64,000 bases of DNA from Massalongia carnosa. Taxonomy: Eukaryota. This document shows positions 25,961-38,181 of this stretch, piece by piece; position 1 is the first letter of the stretch; the number at the start of each line of letters is the position of its first letter. The position numbers were made by a program, and so were the translations under genes. The stretch is taken from the NCBI GenBank assembly GCA_965645245.1, contig OZ287070.1:1364001-1428000 (forward strand), in the 5' to 3' direction. The notes under the pieces were generated by a model. The model was not told the origin of the DNA and searched no databases. It was given only the letters and a program-made list of their open reading frames with translations.

Positions 25961-28705
25961 GGTTATCACCCGTTATGCTGGCGGACAGGACTCGGTGCAG
26001 TTCTGAAAAAACCTAATAAATCGGACTATTCGTTTCCAAAATCATATCGAATTATCACATTATTAAATTGTCTTGGTAAAATTGCTGAGAAAATCGTTGC
26101 AAATCGACTAGCCTACTTCGGCGAAAATTCGAATTTACTCGATATCGAACAGATGGGCGGACGCAAAAATCATTCTGCAATTGACGCAGTAATGAACGTT
26201 GTTCATGATATTGAAATTGCAAATAGAAATAAAAACGTCTTATCATGTTTATTACTCGATGTCAAAGGCGCATTTGACTTTGTCTCGATTAATCAACTGC
26301 TAAATGTTATGAAAAAGCTGAAATTATCTCGCATAATAATTCAATGGGTCAAGCATTTCATGACAAAGCGATCGATCAATTTGATATTTGATGAAAATTT
26401 AAGCAAAACATATTATGTCGAATCAGGAATTCCACAAGGCTCACCAATCTCGCCTATTCTATTTCTGATTTACATTCGTCACTTGTTTCCGAAAATACGA
26501 ATGAAATTCAATGCACATTCTCCCAGTTTTATTGACGATGTTGCAATATATGTCGAAAATAAAACTGCAAAACAGAATTGCAAAGAAATCGAAATCATAG
26601 TCAAAACGGCCTTTGATTGGGCCGCATCGAATAATGTCAAATTTGATGACGATAAATCCGAGCTGATTCACTTCGAAAAGACAAGAAATGTATCGAAAGA
26701 CACATTGGAATTACCAAACGGGACAGTACTAGAACCGAAAAATGTAGTCAAATGGTTGGGCGTCTGGTTAGACCGAAAACTAAATTTCAAAAAACACGTC
26801 GAAACGCGGATCTCTTCTGCGAATCGATCGTTTTTTGCAATTCAGAATTTGATGAAATCCGAATGGGGTCTGAAACCGACCGCATGCAGACAGCTCTATA
26901 TGTCATGCATTATTCCTATTTCGGACTACGGCTCAGAAATTTGGTATAATGGTCAAAAGAAATATGAAAAACTATTTCAGAACCTACAAAATCAAATGAT
27001 TCGAAAGATTTTAGGAACTTTCAAAACCACACCTATTCAGGCGATGGAAATTGAATCACATGTTTTACCAGTTAAACTTCGATTATTAATGAAAAATCAA
27101 AAATACGCAATTCGATTATTGAAGATTGCCGAAAATAACCCTATTTGTCAAAGAATTCCAAACACATATTCGATAAAATTCGAAAATATCGGTTTTGACA
27201 CAAGTTTATGGAACAACAAATATGCCGAATGGAACGAAGACGAAAAACAAACAAATAAACGACATCCTAGTCAGCTTATTCGCGTTCTTCATTCCGTTTC
27301 CGATATAGTTCACAAAACTGATGAATTTGAACAATCAAATCATTTTATTAAACCTTGGAAATCGCCTTGCAAAATCAAATTTCAAATCGAAAATACAAAG
27401 GAATCTGCTAAATCAAGTTATTATTCGACCTTATCCAAAATTAAATCAATGAACTCCGATAAATCCCGAGTTTTACTTTATACAGATGGATCGAAAATCG
27501 AATTTGCAACGTCTGCAGTCACATTTGCGCCAGTTATAAGGAACTGGAGTAATATTATCAATAATTTTAATCGATTTATCGAAAAAGATTGTCTGATCAA
27601 GTATCATACGATTTCGAAAAGCTGGAAATTAAGCAAAAAGTCAAGCATTAAAAATGCTGAACTGCATGCGATTTTACAAGCAATGAAATGGGTCTATAAA
27701 TTGTCGAATACTAATATTTTATCGAACTTAGAAAAAACGATTTGGATTTTTTCTGATAGTATAAACGCGATAAACGAAATTCAGAACTTGACAAATCATA
27801 TTTTCGCCAGACAAATTCGAAAGCTCGCAAAAATCTTATTTGAAAGCAATTTTCAGGTGATTTTGCAATGGGTTCCGAGTCATTCAAATATTACCGAAAA
27901 CGAAATTGCAGACAAAATAGCAAAGACGGGCCATAATCAAATCCTAGTCGAGTCCTCGGCGATAACATTTGATTATGTAAAAGATCAAATAAATCAAAAT
28001 ATGCTAACCACATGGACGAATCAATGGCAACAATGCAAATCAAAAGGCAAATACTACGAGAAATTCGAAATGAAACCTGGCATATCGAGATTTTATTATT
28101 TATCAAACAACTTTTCCAAATTGATATTTGCTACTATTATGCAATTAAAATTCGGACACGGCTATTTTCGATCTTATTTACAGCGATTGAAAGATTATAA
28201 TTCGTCAAAATGCACAAATCGATGCAATCAACGACAAACGCCAGAACACTTGTTATTGAATTGCATTCACTATTTCGATGAAATTCAAAACATGAAACAA
28301 AATATCGATACTACCATCAACTTGAATATGTTGTTTAATACAAAAATCGGAAATGACATTTTGATTAAATTCATTGTCAATAACAAAATCGCGACAAGAA
28401 AATGGATACTAGGTCAGCTTGATGACGAGATTTTCGAAACTGGAGGTTGGGGAGAGATCGAACAGTAAAATCATAAACGATTTATGCTGAAACATTCACG
28501 AACTTACAAAGACAAATTTTAAAATCGATATTCTTCGATTACTATAGGTTGTTACTAACACGGAGTAAAAATGGGGAAAAATTGACAATACATAGATGGG
28601 TTATAAAGGGTTGATTTATTTGTAATATAGAAACATATCCTAAAATAGTTTAGTGTCATAACCTTAGGTTGAATACACTTAATGAATAAATAAAAAAAAA
28701 AAAAA
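25961..28705 (+). mobile_element. 5'-truncated LINE (copy E) inserted in D, fused in frame to D's ORF2 start
   Basis: Poly(A); TSD GATCGAGAAATATAC at 25946-25960 and 28706-28720. Confidence 0.93.
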
Positions 28706-29096
28706 GATCGAGAAATATACACGATCGATCGACTTTTAATCAAATATCAACCTACATCAACTAATCAATTCGTCAATTGTGGAGATTTCAATGCACATCG
28801 TAACTGGTGGAATTCAAAAATTCAACACGCATTTCGATCAGAAAATTTAGTCAAATGGTTGAAAATAAACAAATGTAGTTTGATAAACACACCTGATTTA
28901 TGCACATTCTACGCCCATTCTGGAAGTTCATCATCTGTTATTGATTTAACATTTGCAAATTCCAAAATCGAAAATGCAATTACAAACTGGGCAATCGATG
29001 GAAACGCAGTCACAGGTTCAGATCATGAAGTCATCCGATTTGAACTAATCGCATCTTTCAAGAATTTGACGTCACATGCAACCGCATTATCGAATA

Positions 29097-30919
29097 ACGT
29101 AATTTACCCTCATTCGGGTCAGCCCCCCATTCGGGTCACCCCATTAAAATCTAGCGACCGAAAAGATTTCTATCCTGTTTATCTACTACCACCATATATT
29201 TATCTATTAATCGTAGATAAAATGTCCATTAATATGCCTACAATTGACTCTGCTACTAGATTACAGTTGGCTATCGAAGAATTAGCCAAAAATCCGGGCA
29301 TTTCGCAGCGGGAAATAGCGCGCCTTTACGGAGTTCCTCAGTCGACTTTACAGGCCCGGCTCAAAGGCAGGCGGGCCGCAAAACACTATCATCAAGCCGC
29401 CCAAAGGCTATTCGTCCACGAAGAACAGGCTCTGATTGATTGGATAGAGCGGATGACCTCATGGGGTTGGCCGCCTCGTACCCAACATTTGGAAGGCATG
29501 GCCAGAAGTCTCCTGAACGCCAAAGGGGACAAAAATCCGTTGGGTCGTCATTGGTATCAAAAGTTCCTGAAAAGGCATCCCGATTTCAAAATCAAATACA
29601 ATAGAAACCTCGATCAATCCAGAAAGGACGCTGGTAGTCCCAAAATTTTGCGTGATTGGTTCGAATTGTACACGACCACCTTGGTCAAATATGGGATTTC
29701 AGATGAAGATACTTACAACATGGATGAAAAAGGCTTTGCTATGGGCATCGCTGACAGTTCGAAGGTCATAATCAAAGGAACAACAATACCATTCAATGTG
29801 CATCCGGGAAATAGGGACTGGGTTTCTCTTATTGAGTGCATATTATCCCGCGGAACAGTTCTTCCGGCTATTATCATTTTCCAAGGTGCCCAAGTTCAAC
29901 CTGCATGGTATGATGCCATGGAGACGAAGGCAGATACCGTTCGGGTCAGTCCCAATGGTTGGGCGGATGCGGAGATAGTCCTTCATTGGTTGCAAACGGT
30001 GTTCAATAAGTATACAAAACCTGAACGAGGCATGTATATAGGATGCTAATTGTAGATGGCCATGAGAGTCACGTCTCCATTCCTTTTATGGAGTTTTGTA
30101 CCCAAGCGAAAATCATACCCCTTTGTTTGCCACCATATTCAACTCATTTATTGCAGCCCCTGGATGTCGGTGTTTTTGGCCCTTTATCTAAGGCCTTTAA
30201 ACAACTCGTTTCCAGCCAATCACGTTACGGGGCTGTGACTATTTCTAAGCTAGATTTTTTGCGCCTTATTCAGGTGGCTAGGAAACAGGCCATTACTACT
30301 ACTAACATCATAAGTGCATGGCGGGGGGCAGGCCTCATCCCATTTAATCCAGGGCATGTTCTAGGCGAGTTGCCTAGGCCTATCACACCTCCTATCTATC
30401 CAAACACCGTCACCGATGCCCCCCAAACGGAGCAGCGAATCCAGGAAGTCAGCGATGCCCTTAAAACCTGTATAACTCCATCTCTTCGCGCGCATGTTGA
30501 GTTGCTTAAAACAACTGCTTTGAATGCCGTCGCTGATAGGGTTATTCTAAGACACACCAATCAAGAACTGATTGATAAAAGGCTCAGGGACGTCAAAAAG
30601 CATCCAGAAAGGGGGGTGTTAAAGCGAGGGTGCTGACTGTGGGTGAAGGGCAGGCGATTGCGGAGGAAAAACAGAGGAAGGAAGAAGCATTGGCCAAACA
30701 AAAGGAACGGTACCATGCTTTAAATGGGAAAGTAAAGTTCGCAAAGGCCATATGGAAGGAAATGCAGATGGATAGTGGTGTTTTTAGTTAGTTTTGGGGA
30801 TGGTGGAAGCAATGTAATATTTTTCTTTGGTGTAGGGCGAAGGTTTTTTTTTTGGTGGGGTGACCCGATTGGGTGGCTGACCCGAATGGGGGGCTGACCC
30901 GAATGAGGGTAAATTACGT
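29097..30919 (+). mobile_element. Fot1/pogo-like DNA transposon (1.82 kb); transposase ~29222-30790 with frameshifts
   Basis: TIR ACGTAATTTACCCTCATTCGGGTCAGCCCCCCATTCGGGTCA, TA duplication; motifs YNMDEKGF, LIVDGH, QPLDVG. Confidence 0.95.
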
Positions 30920-31731
30920 TAAATATAATTGCAATAAAGCCGATTGGAATAAATTCGCGAAGTTTCTAGACGAAAATTCAATCAACTACGAATCAAAAGT
31001 TCAAAGTTTATTGAATAATTATCAATTCGACGAATCAGCGATACATTTGCAAAAAATTATCAAAAACGCGGCTGAAATGTTTATTCCGAAAACAAAAATA
31101 TGTGCAAAATCGAAAAATTGGTGGTCGCAAGATTTAACCGAACTTCGAAAAATCATGTGCAGGCATCGTCGAGAATGGTGAATTATCCGTCCGATTTTAG
31201 TCATCGGACGTTTAAACATAGTCGAATCGAGTATTTTCATGCAATTCGAAAAGGAAAACAACAAACCTGGTGGACTTTTCTAGAAAATGCAGCGAATAAA
31301 GACGTTTTTACCGCGTATAAATATACTAAACCGCGCATATTCGAAAAAATCCCGCCAATTCTACATGAAAATAAGCTTAATGTTCAGTTTGATGTCAAAT
31401 GCGATGCGTTTGTGTCAGCAATGTACAATAAAAACCCATTTATAGACGATAATGTGGAAGATTTACCAAATCAAGACAGCGAAAATGATGATAACTGGCC
31501 AGATTTGACAGAAAACGAGCTGCAAAATGCGATTAATTTATTTAATCCAAAGAAAGCATGTGGACCTGATGCAATCAATTTTACAATTGTTCAAAAATCG
31601 TTTCAATCGTTGAAAAACGTGTTTTTCATGATTTATTCGAAATTCATTCGAATCGGTTATCACCCGTTATGCTGGCGGACAGGACTCGGTACAGTTCTGA
31701 AAAAACCTAATAAATCAGACTATTCGCTACC

Positions 31732-34700
31732 ATAATAGCCGGAAGAACTGTTCCGCGGGATAATATGCACTCAATAAGAGAAACCCAGTCCCTATTTCCC
31801 GGATGCACATTGAATGGTATTGTTGTTCCTTTGATTATGACCTTCGAACTGTCAGCGATGCCCATAGCAAAGCCTTTTTCATCCATGTTGTAAGTATCTT
31901 CATCTGAAATCCCATATTTGACCAAGGTGGTCGTGTACAATTCGAACCAATCACGCAAAATTTTGGGACTACCAGCGTCCTTTCTGGATTGATCGAGGTT
32001 TCTATTGTATTTGATTTTGAAATCGGGATGCCTTTTCAGGAACTTTTGATACCAATGACGACCCAACGGATTTTTGTCCCCTTTGGCGTTCAGGAGACTT
32101 CTGGCCATGCCTTCCAAATGTTGGGTACGAGGCGGCCAACCCCATGAGGTCATCCGCTCTATCCAATCAATCAGAGCCTGTTCTTCGTGGACGAATAGCC
32201 TTTGGGCGGCTTGATGATAGTGTTTTGCGGCCCGCCTGCCTTTGAGCCGGGCCTGTAAAGTCGACTGAGGAACTCCGTAAAGGCGCGCTATTTCCCGCTG
32301 CGAAATGCCCGGATTTTTGGCTAATTCTTCGATAGCCAACTGTAATCTAGTAGCAGAGTCAATTGTAGGCATATTAATGGACATTTTATCTACGATTAAT
32401 AGATAAATATATGGTGGTAGTAGATAAACAGGATAGAAATCTTTTCGGTCGCTAGATTTTAATGGGGTGACCCGAATGGGGGGCTGACCCGAATGAGGGT
32501 AAATTACGTTATTCGATAATGCGGTTGCATGTGACGTCAAATTCTTGAAAGATGCGATTAGTTCAAATCGGATGACTTCATGATCTGAACCTGTGACTGC
32601 GTTTCCATCGATTGCCCAGTTTGTAATTGCATTTTCGATTTTGGAATTTGCAAATGTTAAATCAATAACAGATGATGAACTTCCAGAATGGGCGTAGAAT
32701 GTGCATAAATCAGGTGTGTTTATCAAACTACATTTGTTTATTTTCAACCATTTGACTAAATTTTCTGATCGAATTGCGTGTTGAATTTTTGAATTCCACC
32801 AGTTATGATGTGCATTGAAATCTCCACAAATGACGAATTGATTAGTTGATGTAGGTTGATATTTGATTAAAAGTCGATCGATCGTGTATATTTCTCGATC
32901 ATTTTGACTTTTTTCGTTATAAATATTGAAAATCTGCAATTTGCGAACTTCATCAATTGTAATTTCAATAATTTGCATATCGGAATCGTCAATAAGATCC
33001 GTTCTAGGCGTGCATTGCAGTTTGGGATTGCATTTTGTGACAAATATAGCTACTCTCGAGCGATAAGTCGCTATTTTCGGCAAAATGCATGTAAATGACG
33101 GATGTGATATTGTTTTTTGATCTCGTGTCCATGGTTCCTGAAACAAAACAATATCAATTTGATTTGATAAAGCATATTCCAAACACGAAATCATTGCATT
33201 CGTTGACCTTCCACAGTTGTGTTGAATAAATTTGACATTGTGAGTATTTTCTATATTTGCCAACGAATGCTGTCCTGCCATTATAAGGCGGATAATTCGT
33301 CAGCCGATTTTCGTGGATTTAATGCAGTAAACATTTCACAATGTTCATCATTTGATTGATGATTTTTATTGCAGTTTGCACATTTCACAACAACGTGTGC
33401 ACACGCAGTTTTCGATTTGCATGTTATGCATTCATGATTACGTGTTTCATGATTTTGTGTACAAATATTGCATTTTGATTTGTTTCGACACTGATAATGC
33501 TTGTGTCCGAATTTTTGACAATTAATACATTGTGTATTCGGACGAACGGAAGTAAATATTTCCGTGTCACAGTGTTTTCCCGCGATATTTACGCCTTTTA
33601 ACGCGTTTAAGGCCTGATTTCGATCGTTAAAAGTCAAAACGACCGAAGAATTGACTTTATTTTCGCGCTCTCGCGCTAGCCATCTGGGCAAATCGCATAA
33701 TTCCATGTTAAGGTTGAATTTCTGGATTTCATTTTGCAAATATTGCATATTTTGATCAAACGTTGCAATATTTACTCCATGTGCGATCACTTTAAACCAG
33801 GATTCGTCTTTTCGAATTCTTTGTGCATCGAACATATGTTCCCATATAGACTTGTTTTCCAACAATTCTGCAGCAGTGTTTTTCGAACTAGTAGTGAGAA
33901 CGATATTCTGACCGGTTTCCGATTTTTCGACCGTGTTGATTCCGATATCTAACTTCGCGTTGCTGAATTGCGCGTTGATTTGATCTCGAAGTTTCAATGA
34001 GTCGATATCGCCGATTTGACTTTTTGGTGTAATTATCAGTCGTCTGAGTTTGATTGCATTTAATTCGTCGGTTTTGTCGAACTTGTTCGAGGTTTGACTC
34101 GAATTTTTCGATCTGGAAACAGTGGTCCAATTTTCGGAATTCGCAGTTGCTTTTCCAAGCATTTGACTCCAGGATGGAGGCGTGTTATTGACCTTTGTAC
34201 TCGTAACCCCGGCGGTTTCCTTTCGTGCGTTCGTGTTGACGACTTTATTTGGATTTTCAGTCGTATTGACTTGTTGAACCCGAGTCGATTTTCGCGTTGT
34301 TTCTGAGGGTCGATTACTAGTCTGATCAATTACCTTGTCTAATTTCCAATTCATCATATCTAGTGTTGTTTTTATATTAATTGATTTTTTTGTCAATAAG
34401 GAATTGACATTATCAATGACTATTGCTGTTTCTGGATTTTGATCTAAGACAAATGACTTCAATAACGCGGTTTTAGCCGTTTTGAGTAATCCAATCGATT
34501 GTGCTCGATTGATTGCTTCTTGGCTTTCCTCTACTCGTTCGTCGAATGTTTTTCGTTTGTTACGTTTGATAGGCGGGCTTAATTCTATATTAGAATTTAA
34601 CGATGGCATGGGTAGATTGGTAGTAAATTGTCCAGATGGGAATTGGTTGCTTTTGGGGTCGGCGTAGTCGGGGAGGACGAATATTCATGTGATTGATCCA

Positions 34701-35735
34701 TAGGCTCGTCAAGTACAGGAGATTTTTCTATAAGTCCTACTGACGAGAGCCCCGGAGATTCCATTTGGGGAGGGTTTTGAGGAGTGCTCAGGGGTGTTCC
34801 CGGGGAGGCTCTCGATATAATTCGTCGAGTCCTAGGGAGTACCGGATTGAACATGATTTAATAAATAAATCGATATGCCTTTTCAATATCCCTTTTATCA
34901 CCACCAAATAATTTATTCTGATGTTCCCCGGACGTACTAATCAGAATAGAAATTTACACCAATTTACAGGTCTAACGACTCTTGCTTTCCTATCCCTATT
35001 TATATGACAATAACTCGTCAAATAAATCCTAATCGGGTTAAAATAGACCGTTCCTCGCTTAGGCAGTAAATCTTATTTAACCCTTTACCAGACACTACAA
35101 TAGTTGAAAATAATGAAAGGTTTTTTTTTTGCTTTTTTGCGATAAAAATAGATCTAAGGCAAGGTAAGATAATAAGAGACTTCCTATTCTGATTGAAATA
35201 GGATCTTTGGTATAATCCTATTCCAGACGTTTTTCCCCTTCTTTTCATTGATCTGTTGACCGGCCGTTCAATGGAGATCGATAAAGCCTAAAATGGTATA
35301 TGCAGAAATTATACGTGAAATATACTGTGAAAATTTGTGCTTGCGGAAGTTCCCGTAACCTTAAATGAGAAATGAACTTCAAAAAAGTTGGTCGTCGCGA
35401 CAGTTGTTGTACAGTACCGCGACAGTAGATATTTTTTGTAGATAATTCTTGTAGTAATAATTGAGGGTAATGCGACAACAGAACAGAAGAAAGTGAGAAA
35501 AAAGAGCGATTTTTGGTGATATTGTTGGTATTTGTTGTTTTTATAACTTCTTGAGCGCGCTTTATCACGTCTGTCGCGTGCGACCAGCAGAAAATCTCTG
35601 CTGGAGCTTTGCTAGAGCTCTCCTACACTCAATCTGAGTCCGTTTTTGCTCTGGTGGAGCTCAAATGACTGAGAAAGAGATGTTCAATTGACTATGAAAG
35701 TTATAGAGTATCAAAAGTTGCGGTACTTGTGTTTC
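31732..35735 (-). mobile_element. LINE copy F (5'UTR, ORF1, endonuclease) ending in the 5' part of the same Fot1-like element (31732-32508); inverted duplicate of D
   Basis: Same Fot1 insertion site and same ORF1 frameshift as D. Confidence 0.9.
33281..34854 (-). pseudogene. LINE ORF1 with a 1-nt frameshift near 34640 (442 aa remain open downstream)
   Basis: Homologue reads TPKATKFPSG in one frame; here it is split between two ORFs. Confidence 0.8.
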
Positions 35736-35779
35736 GATAGGTGGTCTTTTGGCCTTTTCCAATCTTTCCATGGGGTTGA

Positions 35780-36210
35780 ACGACGTTGTTGATATCAGCT
35801 TTGTCTTGCATGAATGATGAGACGTATAGTATCCTCTCTTGATCGTCTGAGAATGATACTCTGTTGAATCGAATGTAAAAGTTCAGCTGAATCAGAAAGT
35901 GTTTGATCTTTTCTAACCCTTTCTTGAATAGGTTCGGTGTCAATAGTTTGAGTTGTTTAACTGTAACTTTCCTTTCTTCGTAGAGAGGTTCCTGAATGAT
36001 GTCTATCATGCTGAATATGATTTCAGTAATTAAGTGATGCTCTTTAAGGAGTGTTCCAAGTGTAAGATTCCAAGGTGCTGTCTTTTCGCCACAGGGAACT
36101 GAGGGCTTGACAAAGATGAGAGCAGACTTCAGTGCGATTATCTTTGCTAAGACTCTATACGAGCTATTGATAAGTTATAGTAGTTGAAAACTGCTGTTTC
36201 TTTCTAGACA
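35780..36210 (-). pseudogene. Degenerate Ty3/Gypsy gag fragment, possibly with an LTR remnant (36061-36210)
   Basis: FLIQLNFYIRFN...ERILYVSSFM resembles a retrotransposon capsid; TGT...ACA segment upstream. Confidence 0.45.
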
Positions 36211-36363
36211 TAACGAGCGTATATAACCTATTTTATCACTGGATGAACTTTATCACCGGATGAACACCCCTCCAGAAATGGTAATTACGACCTAAAACTA
36301 GAATATCTCGATGAACAATAAATTTAAAGCTATAAAAATCATATGAAAGGGTAATAGCATTGT

Positions 36364-37390
36364 TGTAATACGGATGGCGCTAGAAGGATACGTGATCGCC
36401 TACGGCGGTTGCGGGATTAACTAGCATGAGCCAGGCCGTAGTACTTAGTCGCACAGCCGTCGAGGTTGACACGACGCCACCTTGCCACACAACTCCGAAT
36501 TAATTGTTACTACGTTCTAGACTGCTTACAGATTAAACACCTGTCGAGGCCGTGGTGGTAGATTGCAATGGAGTAAGGCGAACTCCTGTGGAGAAGCCGT
36601 GAACTCTATATGGAATCTACTGGCCTACTCGGAGCTACTCGATCTCTTGATAGATCAAGAGTTGTAGCAGGAGGCACGGCTAGCTGGACGCAGCTTGAGC
36701 TCGGCCTCTCTGGTGTAAACTTCAGCTTCCACCTTTATTGCTACGTTGGTAGTGATGTTGGCTGAGTGAACCTATATGACCTTGTAGTCTAGACCTTGTG
36801 TCTAGAGGCAGGTCCGCAGTGTAGATAGAGATTTAGTCGGAGGTAACCTTCCATCGCTACGTTGGTAGTGGTGACGGCGAAATGAAGCTACATAGCCTCG
36901 GCGTCTAGACTTTATTTTTAGAGGCAGGCTAGCAATATAGTGAGGGATCTAGCCGGAGGTAGAAGTGTTCTACCTTGCAAGGGAAGGTCTAGAAGGCTGC
37001 TCGAGGCTAACTAGATGATCCAGCGAACGCCGAGTTCGTAGATGGATCCTGAGGGATGGTTAGATGTAAGGCGATAAGGTCAGAAGTGGGTTGCAAGGCT
37101 CCTAAGGTTCCAAGGCTCCCAAGGCTAAAGGCTTGGGGTGAGTAGGATAAATACCAGAACGAATCCTGTAGTATTCGTTAGCAATTAGTCTTTATTCTAT
37201 GAATAACCTACGTTTGAGTCTCGGACGAGATCTCTTGGTTTAATCACTTCCACATCTATTAGTTCTTTTGATCACATAAACTCTCGGAGACTAGCACGTA
37301 GTAGCTATCTTCCACCTCTCACGCTGAGCGTTTCCCTTTTCGAGATCAGTGTCGCTCGTGATTAGCTTACTGGTCTCGTAGCCCATTACA
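36364..37390. mobile_element. Probable solo LTR (~1.03 kb) with an internal ~110-bp imperfect duplication
   Basis: TGTAAT...ATTACA termini, TSD ATTGT. Confidence 0.75.
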
Positions 37391-38010
37391 ATTGTACGAA
37401 CACGATACAGCTATTTTCAACTCCTTAAACTTAGAAGGAATCAATACAGTTCGCCCGCTGCGAGCTACACTCGTTTCGGGCAGTTTCGGCTCTATAGGTG
37501 GTGGATCCTCCAGTTTTCGCTTTCTAGCTATAGTAGCTTGCTTCTTTTGATCCTTTTCTGACTGCTCTTCAAGCCTAAGCTGCTTGTTAAGCTTCTTCTG
37601 CTTCGTACGAGCTTCTTTTTCGCGCTGCTTCTGCTCCAGCTTTTAAGCCCGAGTCTTCTGCCTAGTTTCGCGCCGTTCCTGAGCTTCCTGAGCTTTGCGC
37701 TCCCTCTCAGCAGCCCGATTTTGACGCTCTACTTCCTTTTCAAGCTTCTCCTGTTCTTTCTGAGCCTCGAGCTCCTCTTGACGGGTCCGAATCGTAGCAA
37801 TTTTAGCCGGAGAAAAGAATATAGCCTACCCGGGCTCATCTTTGACAAATAGACCTATCGGTTTCCCCCTTCTCCGGCGGTTTTTTTTCGTCTACTAGTG
37901 CTGTACGAAGTCCAATAATCTCGTGTTCTAGTATATCATTTTTAATTGCTAGTTTCTCGCTTGCTCGAATCATTAAATCCAGTCCTGCAGCTATGTCGGT
38001 CGATTCGGAT

Positions 38011-38181
38011 TGTGACGAAGCGAGATAGTGACTAGATTTCTACCATTGCGCCATCTGTCCTTCCCGACCAAAAGGCACAATACTTAGTCCGCAGACCAAG
38101 CTCTATTCTACTATAACTGGGACTCCTGTTATGTTTGCTGTAGGTCCTGCCGTCAGTACCACGCTTGGTCGAACCGTTACA
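38011..38181 (-). mobile_element. Solo LTR of the TRIM
   Basis: 171 bp, TG...CA, TSD CGGAT; matches 40871-41041. Confidence 0.92.

Larger units (their letters stand above)
9029..31731 (+). mobile_element. Host LINE copy D in pieces: 9029-10556, 25234-25960, 28706-29096, 30920-31731
   Basis: Pieces join seamlessly across the TSDs and match the uninterrupted inverted copy F. Confidence 0.88.

Noticed and set aside
25565..28468. 967-aa ORF2 as a novel endonuclease-deleted variant
   Set aside because: Chance in-frame fusion created by insertion E; the TSD is present. The 17086-18288 ORF arises the same way from insertion C.
31707..33281. APE endonuclease-transposase fusion protein (also 28859-30049)
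   Set aside because: Read-through across the Fot1 TIR; truncated or frameshifted, with no sign of selection
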